Made by a program: the position numbers and the translations under genes. Under the pieces are notes generated by a model. The model did no database searches, was not told the origin of the DNA, and saw only the letters and a program-made list of their open reading frames with translations. A stretch of DNA of 64,000 nt. Source: Felis catus. Taxonomy: Eukaryota. This document shows positions 1-12,755 of the stretch, piece by piece. The stretch spans positions 198,340,001 to 198,404,000 of the forward strand of contig NC_058368.1 of assembly GCF_018350175.1 (NCBI RefSeq). The letters run 5' to 3'. Numbering within the stretch: position 1 is the stretch's first letter; each line of letters starts with the position of its first letter.

Positions 1-297
1 GGGTCATATAGATGAAAGAAAATAAAATACCATTTGGTAAAATCGAAAGTAGGATCCACTCTCTCTTTCAATGTATTTTGTTTTGCAGCCCCATCAGGGC
101 TGGGCCTTGCATGCTACAAATGTGGAAGGGTTACTGACCCTCTGCTCAAGTAGGTCAGGCATGTACATAGATGGGTGGGATACAAGAAGATAAATACTTT
201 AATAGTGCTGAGGCCAAGGCAGCGTTAGTGGGTGGGAAGGAGGAACTTTGAGGAATGCAGGTCATAGCTCTGTTAGGTGTAAAGAAATCACTGCATT

Positions 298-519
298 GGG
301 GCGCCTGGGTGGCTCAATCGGTTGAGCCTCCGACTTCGGCTCAGGTCATGATCTCATGGTTCGTGAGTTCGAGCCCCGCGTCGGGCTCTGTGCTGACAGC
401 TCAGAGCCTGGGGCCTGCTTCGGATTCTGTGTCTCCCTCTCTCTCTGACCCTCCCCCACTCATGGTCTGTCTGTCTCTGTCTCAAAGATAAATAAACATT
501 AAAAAAAATTAAAAAAAAA
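298..519 (+). mobile_element. CAN-SINE (felid SINEC_Fc type), full length
   Basis: GGGGCGCCTGGGTGGCTCA head with A/B boxes, CT-rich tract, AATAAA and polyA; TSD aaagaaatcactgca at 281-295 and 520-534. Confidence 0.95.
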
Positions 520-974
520 AAAGAAATCACTGCACTGTCATCTGCCTAGAGACTTTCTCCTTGAGGGGTCAACTCTCCTTAGAATAGATTTTGCTAAGAG
601 TTTGGGTTAGGAAGTCTCCTTTCTAGGGTCCTGCAACCTTCTGAGCGTTTTCTTCAAGGAATTTATGCCCTGTGAAAAATTTCCTATTATTTCTGTGGAA
701 GTGATTTCTTAAGAAAAACCATAATAATAAAGAAAGATGTTGAGTGACCCTCTGGTTGCCACAGGAAGGGGAAAACAAAGAAACTATTGCATAGCAAGGA
801 ATTGTAAGTGTCCCCTTGGCTCTGGGTTTGGGACCTCTAGAGGAATCAGGAAAGGATTTCTTCCTGGTCAGGTGGGTCCACAGTGATGGTCAGGCCATGT
901 GACCCAAACATCTCACCATTAAGGGAAATTCTGAGTTAGGAAACACAGGCATTTGTAGGGTTTGTTCTTTATTA

Positions 975-1115
975 TTTTTTTCTTTTTTTAATGTTTATTT
1001 ATTTTTGAGACAGAAAGACACAGAGTGCGAGAGGGGGAGGGGCAGAGAGAGAGGGAGACACAGAACACCTGAGCCGAAGTCGGACACTTAACCGAATGAG
1101 CCACCCAGTTCCCCC
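975..1115 (-). mobile_element. CAN-SINE with internal deletion
   Basis: Head and tail present; gacacagaa joins directly to acctgagccgaag near 1066, so the middle is missing. Confidence 0.9.
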
Positions 1116-1204
1116 GTTTCTTTCTATTCTTCTAACATCTACGTGTGCATGCTTTTGCTTTAGAAGACGTCTGACATAATTTTTGTAACGGCTTATTGTG
1201 TGCT

Positions 1205-1340
1205 ATAATGACAAGACAGGATTTGGAGTCAAAAGTCCCAGATTTGAATCTTGACTTTGTCACTAACTAGCTACACAAACTCAGGCAAACCACCACTTTG
1301 CGAATGTCAGTTTCTTCATCTATACAGTGGGCCGCTGATA
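1205..1340 (+). mobile_element. MIR fragment
   Basis: tttggagtc...gatttgaatcttgactttgtcactaactagct...cagtttcttcatctatacagtggg, a MIR core pattern. Confidence 0.7.
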
Positions 1341-1559
1341 ACATCTAACATTTTAAGAAGTCTTCCTCAGGCCCAGCCCAAAGTGCTGTGCAGTTGTCAC
1401 TCTTTAAATCAAGCCTCTCAAGAAACTTGGGGCGGTTGTTCGTAGCTTATCACTTAGACTTATGACACTTCTCATATCGCTCACACTTACTACAATTCTG
1501 ACTTTTCGAACCCTTTCTCTACTGAGTGCACCGTATTCATCGCGCGAGTCTGTTGTCCC

Positions 1560-1680
1560 ACTTATTCTCACCACTACCCTGTGAGCTGGGCAATATCATC
1601 ACCCCATTTTACAACTGGAAACACTGAGGCTTGAGGTTAAGATCACCAGCTAGGAGCCCCGGCAGCTTGACCCAGAGCCC
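1560..1680 (-). mobile_element. MIR fragment
   Basis: ctaccctgtgag...ccccattttaca...actgaggct, antisense MIR core. Confidence 0.65.
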
Positions 1681-3285
1681 ATACCGTGGAGCTTCCTTTG
1701 AAAAATAGTCGCTCGGTCCTGTCGCGGGTCTCCCGCTGAAACTCTCCTCCCCGCCTCCTCCTGGCATAGACCTGGTGCTCTCCGGCCTGGAGAGACCGCT
1801 GGAAGTTGCTCAGCGCCATCCTCCCACTTACATTTGCTATGTCACCAGCATCTCTAGTTTCAGAAATATCTCTGAGTGCTGTCATCTCAGGCTCTCGGAT
1901 GAATAGATCTGCCGCAGAGCCCGGGAGCTTCCTCCAGTGTTTGGAAAGTTTTGCGCGATGAAGGTATCATGGGTCTTTCTGGGCTTGGTGCTAGAGCCCC
2001 TTGTGTTTATGAGACAAGGGATGATGAGCTGCCTGGCGCCTCCCCAGCTGGCAGGCCCCAGGAACCACTTCTCACACCTAATTGGAGCCTGTAACAACAC
2101 AGCCCGGGTTCTCCAAGACCAGGCATTGCCACTCACTGCCAAAGGATGGAAAAACCCTCTGACCTGCCTCCTGATTGTTTTCAAATTAAAAGGTACTTTG
2201 GGGACAACTGAAATTCCCCCAAGTGCTTGTCTGAATGATTCTGGCAGCTTTTCCTAAAGCGCTCTCTGGCTCCCAGCACCACCACCCAGCCTCAGACTTT
2301 CCATGGAGCCAGCGCAAGCCCATGCCCGGCTCACTTTCTGAGCTCACGCTCTGAGCCCCGTGCCAGCTCGTGGCCTGCCGGCGGCCCCCTCCTGCCCAGT
2401 CGAGCTGGTACCTTTGAGCAGGTTGACTTCTAGAAAGAGAGAGCCAGGTGAAGGGCCCCAGAATGTGCTCTGGGCTTTGGAGAGCCCTCCAGAGACCCCA
2501 GACGGGCAGCGCACCTTTGTGTGCTAAGAATTATGTGCTTTGGGGGCCTTCTCTAGGCCTATCTACCAGAGCGCAGCCTCGCTGACTGAGAGATCCTGCT
2601 TGCGAGGATCATATCCGTAGACAGTCAGAGCTGAGAGGACCACTAGGGAGCACCTCATCCAACCCCAAATGAGGCCTATGAACATGAATGAATGGCCTGG
2701 TGTTGAGCAATGAGTTTGCGGCAGAACTGGGACTAGAGTTCAGACCTCACGTGGCCCAGCCTGTGCTCCGCCATCACTCTTACCTTCCACGCCTCGCTCC
2801 GTGCTCCACGTACTGTTCTCCTTACCTAGTTCTCAAGGGAGTCCCAACAGACCGCATGACAGCTGCAGTGGAGACCCCCTCCTGCCCTGAGTGCGTGTTC
2901 ACCCAACAGTCACTGCTTCCCCAGCTCGGTCAAGAGCTCCCAAAGAAGAAGCCAAACCCAATCCCAGTTGAGTGATTCCAGGCTCTGGGAAGTGGGAAGC
3001 TTGAGGGGAAGGAGGTCCTCACCAGCTGCTATATCCATCCCAGGACCCAAATTCTTGCCTTTCCCATGCAAAGAGGGAAGAGACGGCACAAAGAGGAAGA
3101 GAGAAAACACCTATACCTAGCTGGGGAAAACTTGATTTAGAAATAAATTACATACCTGCGTGTGTTTGTGTGTGTGTTTGTGTGTGTGTGAATCTTTTTA
3201 ACACCACTATAGTTGAATTCTGACTCATTTTATAGTTCATTCATTCAATACTTTTTTAATGTTTATTTATTCGTTCAATACTTTT

Positions 3286-3498
3286 TTTAATGTTTATTTA
3301 TTTATTTTTGAGAGAGAGAGAGAGAGAGTGCATGCACGCAGGGGAGTGGCAGAGAGCGAGGGAGGCACAGAAGCTGAAGCAGACTCCAGGCTCAAGCTGT
3401 CAGCACAGAGCCCGACACAGGGCTCGAACCCACAAACCATGAGATCATGACTGGAGCCAAAGTCGACACTCAACTGACCGAGCCACCCAGGCAGATCC
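3286..3498 (-). mobile_element. CAN-SINE
   Basis: Antisense SINE; TSD tcgttcaatactttt at 3271-3285 and 3499-3513. Confidence 0.93.
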
Positions 3499-3529
3499 TC
3501 GTTCAATACTTTTAAAGTCTCATAACAAA

Positions 3530-3992
3530 TGAGAGGGACTTCTGGTTCTGGTCTGGCATATAAGAAGCTTAGAAGTTGTCATTCCATCCTAACAACAAGT
3601 AGAAAGTTAAACAAACTGAAAAATCAACAGCTTTTCTTAGATTTGTTGAAAAAATGAGGTCATGGGGCAAACCACTGCTCTCCAAAATGAAGAGGTGCAG
3701 AGAGGCAGCTACAAAGAATTACAAATACCAGAGCGGAGGTCCATGAGCAGAAACCTCTGTGGGGGAAAACCTGGGCTGTGGTTGACGATTGTGGAGCTAG
3801 CAGTCGGATCAGTCTGAGAGCTAAAAACTCCAGGGGGACCTAGCTATTGGAGATCCCCCACACTTTTGTGAGTTTTTTGTATTTTAGAAAGAGAGTGAGA
3901 GAATGAGCAGGGGAGAGGGGCAGAAGGAGAGAGAAAGAGAGAGGAGAGAGAGAGAGGGAGAAAGAGAGCATGTGCATGAGCAGGGGAGGAGC

Positions 3993-4030
<38 letters not shown>

Positions 4031-5020
4031 CTTAAGCAGTCTTCACACTCACGCGGAGCCCAACACAGGGCTCGATCCCACAACCGTGTGATCATGACCC
4101 GAGCTGAAATCAAGAGTCAGATGTTCAGATGTTCAGCTGACTGAGCCACCCAGGCTTCCCGTGAGTTTTACCTATAACGAGTTCTACCAGGTTCTCACAG
4201 TGATGATAGGGGGATAAATCCCCTCATGCTTCCAGCAGGAGTCAGGATGCCAGGAAAAGGGCCTCATTTTGAAATACTCTAGAGCATTTTGTTCTTCTAA
4301 CAAGACATGCCCTTGCGAGAAACTATTTAACCAGAGCCTAGCCTGCCAGGGTTTTATCAGGGCCTTACCTACCTGCAGCAAGGAAAACACCCAACTCCAG
4401 CCCACTCTAGCCCCCCTGTCCCACCCAAAGTGGGGTGAAAACCTTAGGAGCACCGATGAAGTTCACAGTCTGGGATTCAGGCACACTGAGACTTAGTCAT
4501 AGGACCACAGAATGCTTTTCCTCTTCACACTTACCACTACGTTACGCAAAGCCTGCTTACCACAGTTCCTTTTATCTGGTACATCGTGTTCACCTGCCAA
4601 CAAAAAGTTACAAGGCAGACAAAAAGGCAGAAAACACAGTTTGAAGAGACTGAACAAACAATAGAGAGACAAACAAATAGAGAGACAAGCAAACAAACCA
4701 TTAGAGATGGCAACTATGTTGGAATTACTCAGACCAGGAATTTTTTTTAAACTATGATTAGTAGGCTAAGGGCTATAATGGATAAAGTAGACAACAGGTA
4801 AGAACAGAAGGGTAATGTAAGAAGAGAGACGGAAATTCTAAGAAAAAAAAATCAAAAGAAACGCCTGAGATAAAAACCACTGAAACAGAGATGAAGCATA
4901 CCTTTGAGGGGCCTGTCAGTAGCCTGGAGGTGGCTGAGGAAAGAAACTCTAAGTTGGAAGATGGGACAATAAAAACTTCCAAAACTGAAAAGCAAAGAGA
5001 AAAAAGGCTGAAGAAAGAAA
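3530..5020 (+). mobile_element. Old L1 (L1M/L1MD-like) 5'UTR plus degenerate ORF1 start, interrupted by a SINE
   Basis: L1M 5'-end-like start (gacttctggttctgg...aaactgaaaaatcaacagc); A-rich ORF1 coiled-coil-like tract 4700-5010 (gctgaggaaagaaactctaagttggaagat...aaaactgaaaagcaaagagaaaaaag). Confidence 0.75.
3877..4160 (-). mobile_element. CAN-SINE nested in L1
   Basis: Antisense SINE with long (GA)n; TSD gtgagtttt at 3868-3876 and 4161-4169. Confidence 0.9.
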
Positions 5021-6139
5021 GTTAGCACAAAAGAAATGCTAACTTGTTAAATAATTTGTCCTTAGGCATGGAAATGAGAGTTCTTCAAGAAGAGGACTTG
5101 GCTAACTCCTTCTCCCTCTTCTCTCATCCAGAAATCTCTGAGAGCCAGCAATCACAGCAATTCCATGGCCCACTGGTTGATGGAACCCTCCGTAAAGACT
5201 TGGCTTAGGCTCTGTCCTAAAGCCAACTCTTTCTTTTTGCCAACGTGAGCTTTCATCTTGTCTATCATCAAAGCAAACTTGGGCTTAAAGTCACTCCAAC
5301 TCTGATGCATCCTGATTATGGAGTGGTTTAAAGGAATTTCTTGATTGTTCAAAATTTGGAAGAAGCTATTCCATAATGGAGATTGTTTCTTTTAAATAAA
5401 AAGGAACAACTGTGATTGTGCACCACCTGATTTCGGAAAATATTTAAGCAAAAAGTTGGAGTGGCAGTGAAACCGGTATGTGTTTGGGTCCAGTGTGGGA
5501 CAAGATGATTAATGCCAAATTATCATAGTCTTCAAAAATCCCAGGAATCAACATTGTGAGCCATTTAAGGGAGAAAAAAAATTAAAATGAAGGGGTAAAA
5601 GTCAGTCGATCCAAAATAAAAAGTAATGAATTGGAAAATAAGCAACTAGAATGGTTCAGATTAATGTCTTCCCAAACTATTCTTCTCAACTAAATACAGA
5701 TGATACCAAGAAAAAAAGGAGCTAAAAAAGAAAATTAAAACCATTTGGCAGGAAGTATTTCCCTAAGCAACAAAAGATGAGGCGTTCCTAAACTAAAAAT
5801 GCTAGAGCTGTTCAAGAATGAGAAGCTTTGGGGGCAGAGAGATCAGAAGGGAGATCACTCTTCCAAAAAGGAATGTTCCCTCATTCTGACTTGTCCTATG
5901 GCCATACACCCTTTGCTCACTAGGATTATGTTCCTACCAACTCTGCAAATGTCCTCATCAGGCCAATTTCAGGACAAGCTAATCTATATCCAGATGACCA
6001 AGTTCATATCGATTCCAGTACTGTTTTTGTCCTTGAAATCCAGGGACCCCAAATGCCAAGTTCAATTCTTCTCTGATTTCACTTGATGTGGCAACTCACT
6101 TTTGAAACTAAAAACAAAATCCACAGAAAGGTGGTGCTT

Positions 6140-6495
6140 TTCACTAATATTTCCAATTCTTCTCCCCTGGGAATGATTAAGATTTCCCTTCTCTACTCTC
6201 CTGATGTTAGACATAGCCATATGGTCTGCTTCCACCAATGACATGGAAATGGAAATGATATGTACGTCTTTCAGATATGGGAGTCTTTAAGGGTTTACCA
6301 GTGATTATTCCCCATCTCAATGTCTTTGGCAGTGTTCCAATTAGTGGAGGCACCACCAGCCTTGCTCACTGAGTGCACATGTGGAACAGAGACCCCACTG
6401 AAAGGTGAGGGATATAGTGCTTGAGTGAGAAATGAACTTTGTTTTAAGCCACTGAGAATTTAGGGTTGTTTGCTTCTGTAGCATAGCCCAGCCTC
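6140..6495 (+). mobile_element. Old MaLR LTR (MLT1I/J-like)
   Basis: MLT1 3' signature gagtgagaaatgaactttgttttaagccactgagaatttagggttgtttg...gcatagccc. Confidence 0.65.
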
Positions 6496-7113
6496 TGTTG
6501 TTTAGAATAGCTGATAATTCAGACTGCCATAACGAAGATCCAAAAATGTTTCATACTTCTGTGTTTTCAGGGAGGCTTCTTTTTAGAAGAAATGGACATT
6601 GTCCAATTTACTGAGAGCCCTGAAAAGTCAACCATCCTTGAAATGTGACTCACGTACTACAAATGTCAGAGTAAATGTTTATGACACCAGCTAGTCTTGT
6701 GAGATCTCATACGCATGATTAAACATCACATGCCTAATTTATCCTGAATCTTAACCACAATTTTCAGTCATTTTCTTTTCAAAATGCTTTTCTGATCTTT
6801 TGTAATCGATACTATCGCTGCCTTAATACAAGAGTAACCTCTTGTACTTCAATCTATAAATATGAAAATATAAAAATGGCTGTATATTTTTATTTAAAAT
6901 AGTTCGACCTAAAATTAACCAAATCTCTTTAGAAAGATAATTACTGTGAATAGTGGAGTACGAAGATAGTAAAAATATGAATGGAAATTTGGCTCTACAA
7001 CTAGATTAATGACACCTGCATTAAATTCCAGATTTGTCTACTTAGGTTCAATTTCGAATTAATTTTCTATTTCTGAAAGACTATTTCCAATATTCATTTA
7101 AGAATAAGTTTGA

Positions 7114-7337
7114 GGGGCGCCTGGGTGGCTCAGTTGGTTAAGCGTCCGACTTCAGCTCAGGTCACGATCTCGCGGTCCGCGAGCTTGAGCCCCGCGTCAG
7201 GCTCTGGGCTGATGGCTCAGAGCCTGGAGCTTGGTTCCAATTCTGTGTCTCCCTCTCTCTCTGCCCCTCCCCTGTTCATGCTGTGTCTCTCTCTGTCTCA
7301 AAAATAAATAAACGTTAAAAAAAATTTTTTTTAAAAA
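7114..7337 (+). mobile_element. CAN-SINE, young, full length
   Basis: CpG-rich head; TSD aagaataagtttga at 7100-7113 and 7338-7351. Confidence 0.95.
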
Positions 7338-8119
7338 AAGAATAAGTTTGAATATTGAATTTGTTATGATATCAAAGTGCCCTTAATTATGGACAAATAC
7401 TTGGCAAGCAACAGTCTGAGGCTGGTGAGCTGTTTTTAAGCAACGAATTCAGAGTCAATCTGTATTTTAAAACATGCATTTGAGACCAATGCCAACGTTG
7501 ACAAACTGATTCAATTCCACCCTTCTGGGAGGTCATCCAACATGCACTTTCAAGTTCAAGTTAAATTTCAGGTAGCAAATATCATCTACAGCATGCACCT
7601 TCTAGAAATCAATGCAATATAACATGAAATAAAGAATTCCTGACGATATGGAATTCATATAAAATATATTTTGCTCCTCGAAGATTTTTTTTGTTAAAAG
7701 GGACATGATTTAGACAAGCATCTATGATTTTGCTTTGGGCCAGGCCTGATTATCTGTGAGTTTCTAAGCACTTTGCAGAAAGCAACAGAACCAGATGACA
7801 AAATCTGTTCCCCTGGGGCGAGGCTGACTCAGGACATCTCTAAATGGATGTCCCAAGGTAATTTGTCCTCCAGTGAACTCATCATCTTCCTTTTAAAACC
7901 ATGGTTTTAGAGTCCCCTTCAGCTCTTTTCTTGCCTCATCTCCGGCAACTCATGGGTCCCAGTGTTTAGGTCTTGCCTTGTCCTGTCCTTGCCCCCTCCT
8001 GCCTGGCTCTTGCCTCTCTAAAGGTCTCCCTGCCTCCGGTATATCCCCTCTCCAGCCCCTGTTTCCACTACCACCACACTAATCTCAAGTTGGATTGTGT
8101 TACTCTCACCTCAAAAATG

Positions 8120-8330
8120 TGATTCCCGTGCTATCTCTCCGTGTTGTGTCCCAAGGCCAACCTATATGGACAGCATCAGTGAACTCCCCGCCCCTTTGGC
8201 TAATGGATTGTTTTGAAAATGCGAAGTCCTGGAGGAGGAGTGTGAGGTCAGGGTATGTATTTCCTGGCTCCCTCCTTGTGCGTTGACGTAAGGTGGCCGC
8301 ATCCCTTAACTGGAGGCGTGACTCCTATCT
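8120..8330. mobile_element. ERVL LTR33-like fragment
   Basis: gtgaggtcagggtatgtatttcctggctccctccttg...ggccgcatccct motif typical of LTR33. Confidence 0.55.
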
Positions 8331-8489
8331 AACTAGAAGCCTTCCCCATATACTTGAGTTTGAGTGTGCCACATCTTCTATACTTCTTCGATCCCTGCTT
8401 TGGTTTTTTCCTTTCTTTCCCTGTTCGTCTGAACGTCTCTCCATTATCTCTTTTGCAATCGTTTTCACTGAATCCAGCATCATCCTTTG

Positions 8490-8700
8490 TATCAGGTATA
8501 TCCGTCAGGAGGATCGCAGAACCCGGAGATGGCCGAAGCCAAGAGGCTGGCATTACTGCTTGGAGATAGAATCGCTCACCTGTCAGGAATGCCCCTGACA
8601 GACTTTGCATACACGAATGAGAAATACGTGCTACTGGATTAGACCCCTGAGATGCGGGGAGTTACCTGCTTCAATGACTAGTCTTACTTTCATTAAATAT
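8490..8700 (+). mobile_element. MLT1-type LTR 3' fragment
   Basis: aatgagaaatacgtgctact...cccctgagatgcggggagttac...taaatata, resembling an MLT1 end. Confidence 0.5.
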
Positions 8701-8879
8701 AATTCTTTTAGAAAATAAAAAAAAAAATTCTATTCCTCAGTGAGATTCCCAAGTGAATCATTAAGGTAAGTCATAAACACTAAGCCACAGAGCCGTGATC
8801 ACTAGGAGTAGGAGCCTGAAGGAGTTCGGAGAACACATTTCCAGCTGGGATAGTTTCCTGGGTTGGTAAAGAAAGAAAA

Positions 8880-9140
8880 CACGAGAGCCCTGATGTTTCT
8901 GGACTTGTCCAAGTCCTTTGACAAACTCCCACGTATTCTTTTGCTTAATAGGCAAAATTATTCACAAAATAAAAATGAAATTAAGTGGGTTATTTACAGG
9001 TTGGGTGAACTTACTCAAAAGATTCTGGTTAGTAATTAGAACCAACCTAAAGGAGGTTTTCTAGTGATAGCCAGGCTTAAATCTTTATTAAAACCATGCA
9101 AACATTTTTATTAGTTATTTAGATAAAGCTATAGAGGGTC
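8880..9140 (+). mobile_element. CR1/L3 LINE reverse-transcriptase relic
   Basis: From 8893 it translates as MFLDLSKSFDKLPRILL (cf. CR1 YLDFSKAFDKVPH); 9101-9136 reads NIFISYLDKAIE (cf. NIFINDLDEGIE). Confidence 0.75.
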
Positions 9141-9149
9141 TGGGCTTGT

Positions 9150-9243
9150 TTGGGAATGTATACACACATCACATTGTCACATTGTACACTTTAAATATAT
9201 TGCAATTTTGCTAATTATACCTCAATAAAGCTAGGGAAAAAAA
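9150..9243 (+). mobile_element. L1 3' end fragment
   Basis: acattgtacactttaaatat...aattatacctcaataaagct followed by an A-tract. Confidence 0.7.
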
Positions 9244-9829
9244 CAGCAGCTTGCATCTAACAGACACAATTTTATAAGATAAATTAAAATTCTGACACAT
9301 GGACAAATGCACATGCACACACATACACACACACACACACTCACACACACACACACACAATATGTGACTAAAGAATAAGGAAGCCATGGATCAGAACTGC
9401 TTATGCTGAATTTACTCTTGGATAAATCCTCTAAGCCAACAGTCGGATACTATCACATCGTATGTGATGATGGTATAGAATGAAGAATGGTGTTAACTGA
9501 AGAAGGATGATGGAAAGGTGAATATCAACTATCAGATGCTCCTTTTATGTCAGACACTGTAGTTGGCACTTTACAGGAAGCTGCATATTAAACCGTGGTC
9601 CCTGTAGTTTAAGACACTTGCCAAAGCTGATAGTAAGCAGGAGGCTCTGGAATCAGACAGAATAGAGTTCCTTCTCTTCTGCACTGGCTAGGCGGTATTT
9701 CTGTTTTGGGCAGCCTACTTTGAAGAATAGGAAAGTGAAGCTTCTTAGGGGAGATGGACCAGGATAATTTTGGATCTGAAAACTCCATTTCACAGAAAGC
9801 TTTGAAAGACTAGGAGATGGGGGTTCTGG

Positions 9830-10085
9830 AGGCAAGAAGACTCAGAGAATTTGGTCTCTGCCTTCCAGTATTCTGAAGATTGCTGAGAGGGAGAGGAGTT
9901 AGAACAATTCTGTGCAGCCTCCCATCCCCCACGCTACAGGTGATTAATTTCAACTCGGTATCAGGAAGGGCTTTCTACCAGAGCTGTCCAAAGAGAGAAA
10001 TGCTGGGCCTGTGCAGACAGGTAAGGGTCTTCCTGGGCAATTGACTTCCGGTCATTCTTCAAGGTCCTTCCCAGGTCTGAGAGCC
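9830..10085 (+). mobile_element. CR1/L3 3' end fragment
   Basis: aggaagggctttctacc...agagctgtccaa...ttcaaggtccttccc, like an L3 terminus. Confidence 0.55.
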
Positions 10086-10737
10086 TTTAGTTCTTGCTCA
10101 CTGTGCTGTATTTGGGGAACTTGGGAAACAAGCAAGCCAGCGGACAGACACTGCATGTCCTTTATGTGGTGACTTTCTTGGCTTTGCCAAGAGATAACTT
10201 GGGAGGCAAATAAAATAGTCTTCTAGAGATTAGAGCTTGTGTTTGTAGAAGGAATGAAGGAATCTATGAACCTAACATTTGTTGAACAACTTCTCTGAAC
10301 CAGGGACCATGCTGGAACATCCTCTACCTCCCTCCCATCTGCACCTTTCTTCCCTTCCCACAAAATGCAGAACTTCTGTTATATCCTTTGGGAAATATTC
10401 ATTCTTGTCAAGAAAAACATACTGTTTTTGTTTTCCATTTCTCTTCAAAAAGTTTGACTGAACTAAAACTCACCAGTCAGAGTTCATGCTTTGTTATGAT
10501 TGGTGTTGACAGTAATATAGATTAATTTTTTCCACCCTCCAGAGAAGAGCTGCAAGAGAATTAAAATGGGGAGGGTTGTTGAGGAAGGTTTTTCTTTGTT
10601 GAACTGGGTTGGGTCTGGGATCAGGCAGGGAGGGCAGGGCAACAGAACACAGAACAACAGAAAAAAAGAGCAATCACGTCTTTAGGAGGGGCTTGGATGG
10701 GTTGCTGCTAGGAACCTTCTGAGAGAGAAAATGACAG

Positions 10738-10740
<3 letters not shown>

Positions 10741-10775
<35 letters not shown>
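10741..10775. repeat. (CA)n microsatellite
   Basis: Perfect AC run. Confidence 0.95.
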
Positions 10776-10777
<2 letters not shown>

Positions 10778-11329
10778 TCCAAATTTTATAATTACCAAGG
10801 ACACTGGGCTTTGGACAGAGCATGTGTATTGTGAAAAAGCAGACTAGTGGTTTTCAAGTGTCCATTTGTCCAAAATAGATCAACAGGACCATTTTCGTTG
10901 AATGGAGTCTCCAGAGCACCTCTGGGAAACCCTCGGGATCTTTGGACACAATTTGAAAACCATGATGATAAGTAAGTCCAGGTGAATATAAGGCAAATTC
11001 CACCCAGGGGATGACAGTTTCTTGGGTTCATTTACTACTTAGCAGAGTTCTCATCTAGGCTCTCCTGGTATAGCATAGGCTAATCTGAAAGACAGTCAGT
11101 GGCTACCAGTTCTGTAGTTTCTGTTTCCAGGGACAGTACTCCAGCCCTTGTCTTCACCTCTCCCCAGCTCTGGTCTCTGTCACCTCCGGTATGCACTGAA
11201 TATAGGAAAAGACTAATTGTTTTCCCAAAGCATTTTTGTCCATTATCTTGCTCGACAATCTACAGCGGCACCTAATTGCAACTACCTCATTCAGACTTCC
11301 ACCCACCCACACCCTCATCATCATGGAAT

Positions 11330-11685
11330 CTCTGTGGCAACACAGTGTGTCTTCTCTCACCTTCCAGCCTTCGCACAGGCTGTTACTGCCTGGAACACTC
11401 TCTGTAGACCCTCCCTCATCCCTTCTTCTTTGGCTAACTCTTGGAGCTCATCCTTATGCATCATTTCCTTTGGAAAGTCTAGGGACATTGGGACCCTCAG
11501 ATGTACTCCCACAGCACTCTATGACTTCTCTATCAAAAGCAATTTAATTATAATGCTTTAGGGCTACTTATTAATCTGTATCTCTTACTAAACTAAACAA
11601 CAAGAAAACATTGTCTACACCTTAGTTACTCTTGTGCCCCCCAATTCCTGGAAGTATAAGGTTTGCTGAGTGAGTGATTGAATTC
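11330..11685 (+). mobile_element. L2 3' region fragment
   Basis: gccttcgcacaggctgttactgcctggaacactct...tttgctgagtgagtgattgaat, L2-like 3' end. Confidence 0.6.
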
Positions 11686-11840
11686 AACATAAGTATTTGT
11701 TGCATGAGTAACTTACAAAAATGAATAAATGGTTGTTGATAGAATAATCAATGGATAGTGCTTTTGTACAGATGCATGGTCCTTTGTGGCACCCCTTCAG
11801 GTGGTCTTTCAGTTGTGATCCCCACAATTTGGGGGTCTTT

Positions 11841-12180
11841 TGTAGTCTATTTGGGCTGCTGTAACAAAACACACAGATTGGGTCATTTATAAACAACAGA
11901 AATGTATTTCTCACAGTCTTGGAGCCTGGCAGCCTGAGATCAGGGTACCAGCATGGTCAGTTGAGGGCCCTCTTCTGGATCACAGACTTCTCATTTATCT
12001 TCACTTGGTGGAAGGGGCCAGGGAACTCTCTGGAGCCTCTTTTATAAAGCACCAAGCCCACTCATAATCTCTCGTGACCTACGCACCTCCTGAAGTTCCC
12101 ATCTCCTAATCCCATCATCTTCAGGGGTTGAGATTTCAGCAGATGAATATTGAGGGGATAACAATGTTCAAACCATAGTA
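11841..12180 (-). mobile_element. MaLR solo LTR (MLT1A-like)
   Basis: tgtagtctatttgggctgctgtaacaaa...aacagaaatgtatttctcacagt...ttcaaaccatagta. Confidence 0.85.
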
Positions 12181-12545
12181 CCTATCAAGTGAATATTCCT
12201 TTTATCTATTCCTAAATAGGAATGCCTGGCAGGAAACATGAGCCTTTGGGAAATGAGACCCATTGAGTGAAGAAGGGTAGGCTAGGCTGTTGGCTGTCTG
12301 TGGGAACGAGAAAAGGAATCCAGGAGACAAGCTCCCAGACAGCTATTGATCTTGGTGAGACAAACTCTAGAGGAACTGGAAAAATAGCTTTTGTCCTCTT
12401 TCTTGTTGCCAGTGGGATGTACTCAAGTAGTAGCAGCTATTTTGCCTTATCTTATTACCCAGAGACTCTCTGTTTTTTGCTATTGAAGAAATCAAGGTTC
12501 AGGGGAGCATAAGAGCTTGCCATGGTTCTCAAAAATAATGACAGA

Positions 12546-12755
12546 GGGGCGCCTGGGTGGCTCAGTTGGTTGGCCATCCGACTCTTGATTTTGGCTCAGG
12601 TCATGACCCCACAGTAGATCCAGCCCAGCATCAGACTCTGCACTGAGTATGAGGCCTGCTTAAGATTCTCTTAAGATTCTCCCTCCCTCTCTCTCTCTCT
12701 CTCTCTCCCTCTCTCCCACTGGTGCTCTCCCTCTCTCAAAAAAAAAAAAAAAAAA
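12546..12755 (+). mobile_element. CAN-SINE, older type
   Basis: SINE head, CT tract and polyA; degenerate TSD. Confidence 0.9.

Noticed and set aside
298..375. tRNA-like A and B boxes
   Set aside because: Part of the tRNA-derived SINE head; not a tRNA gene.
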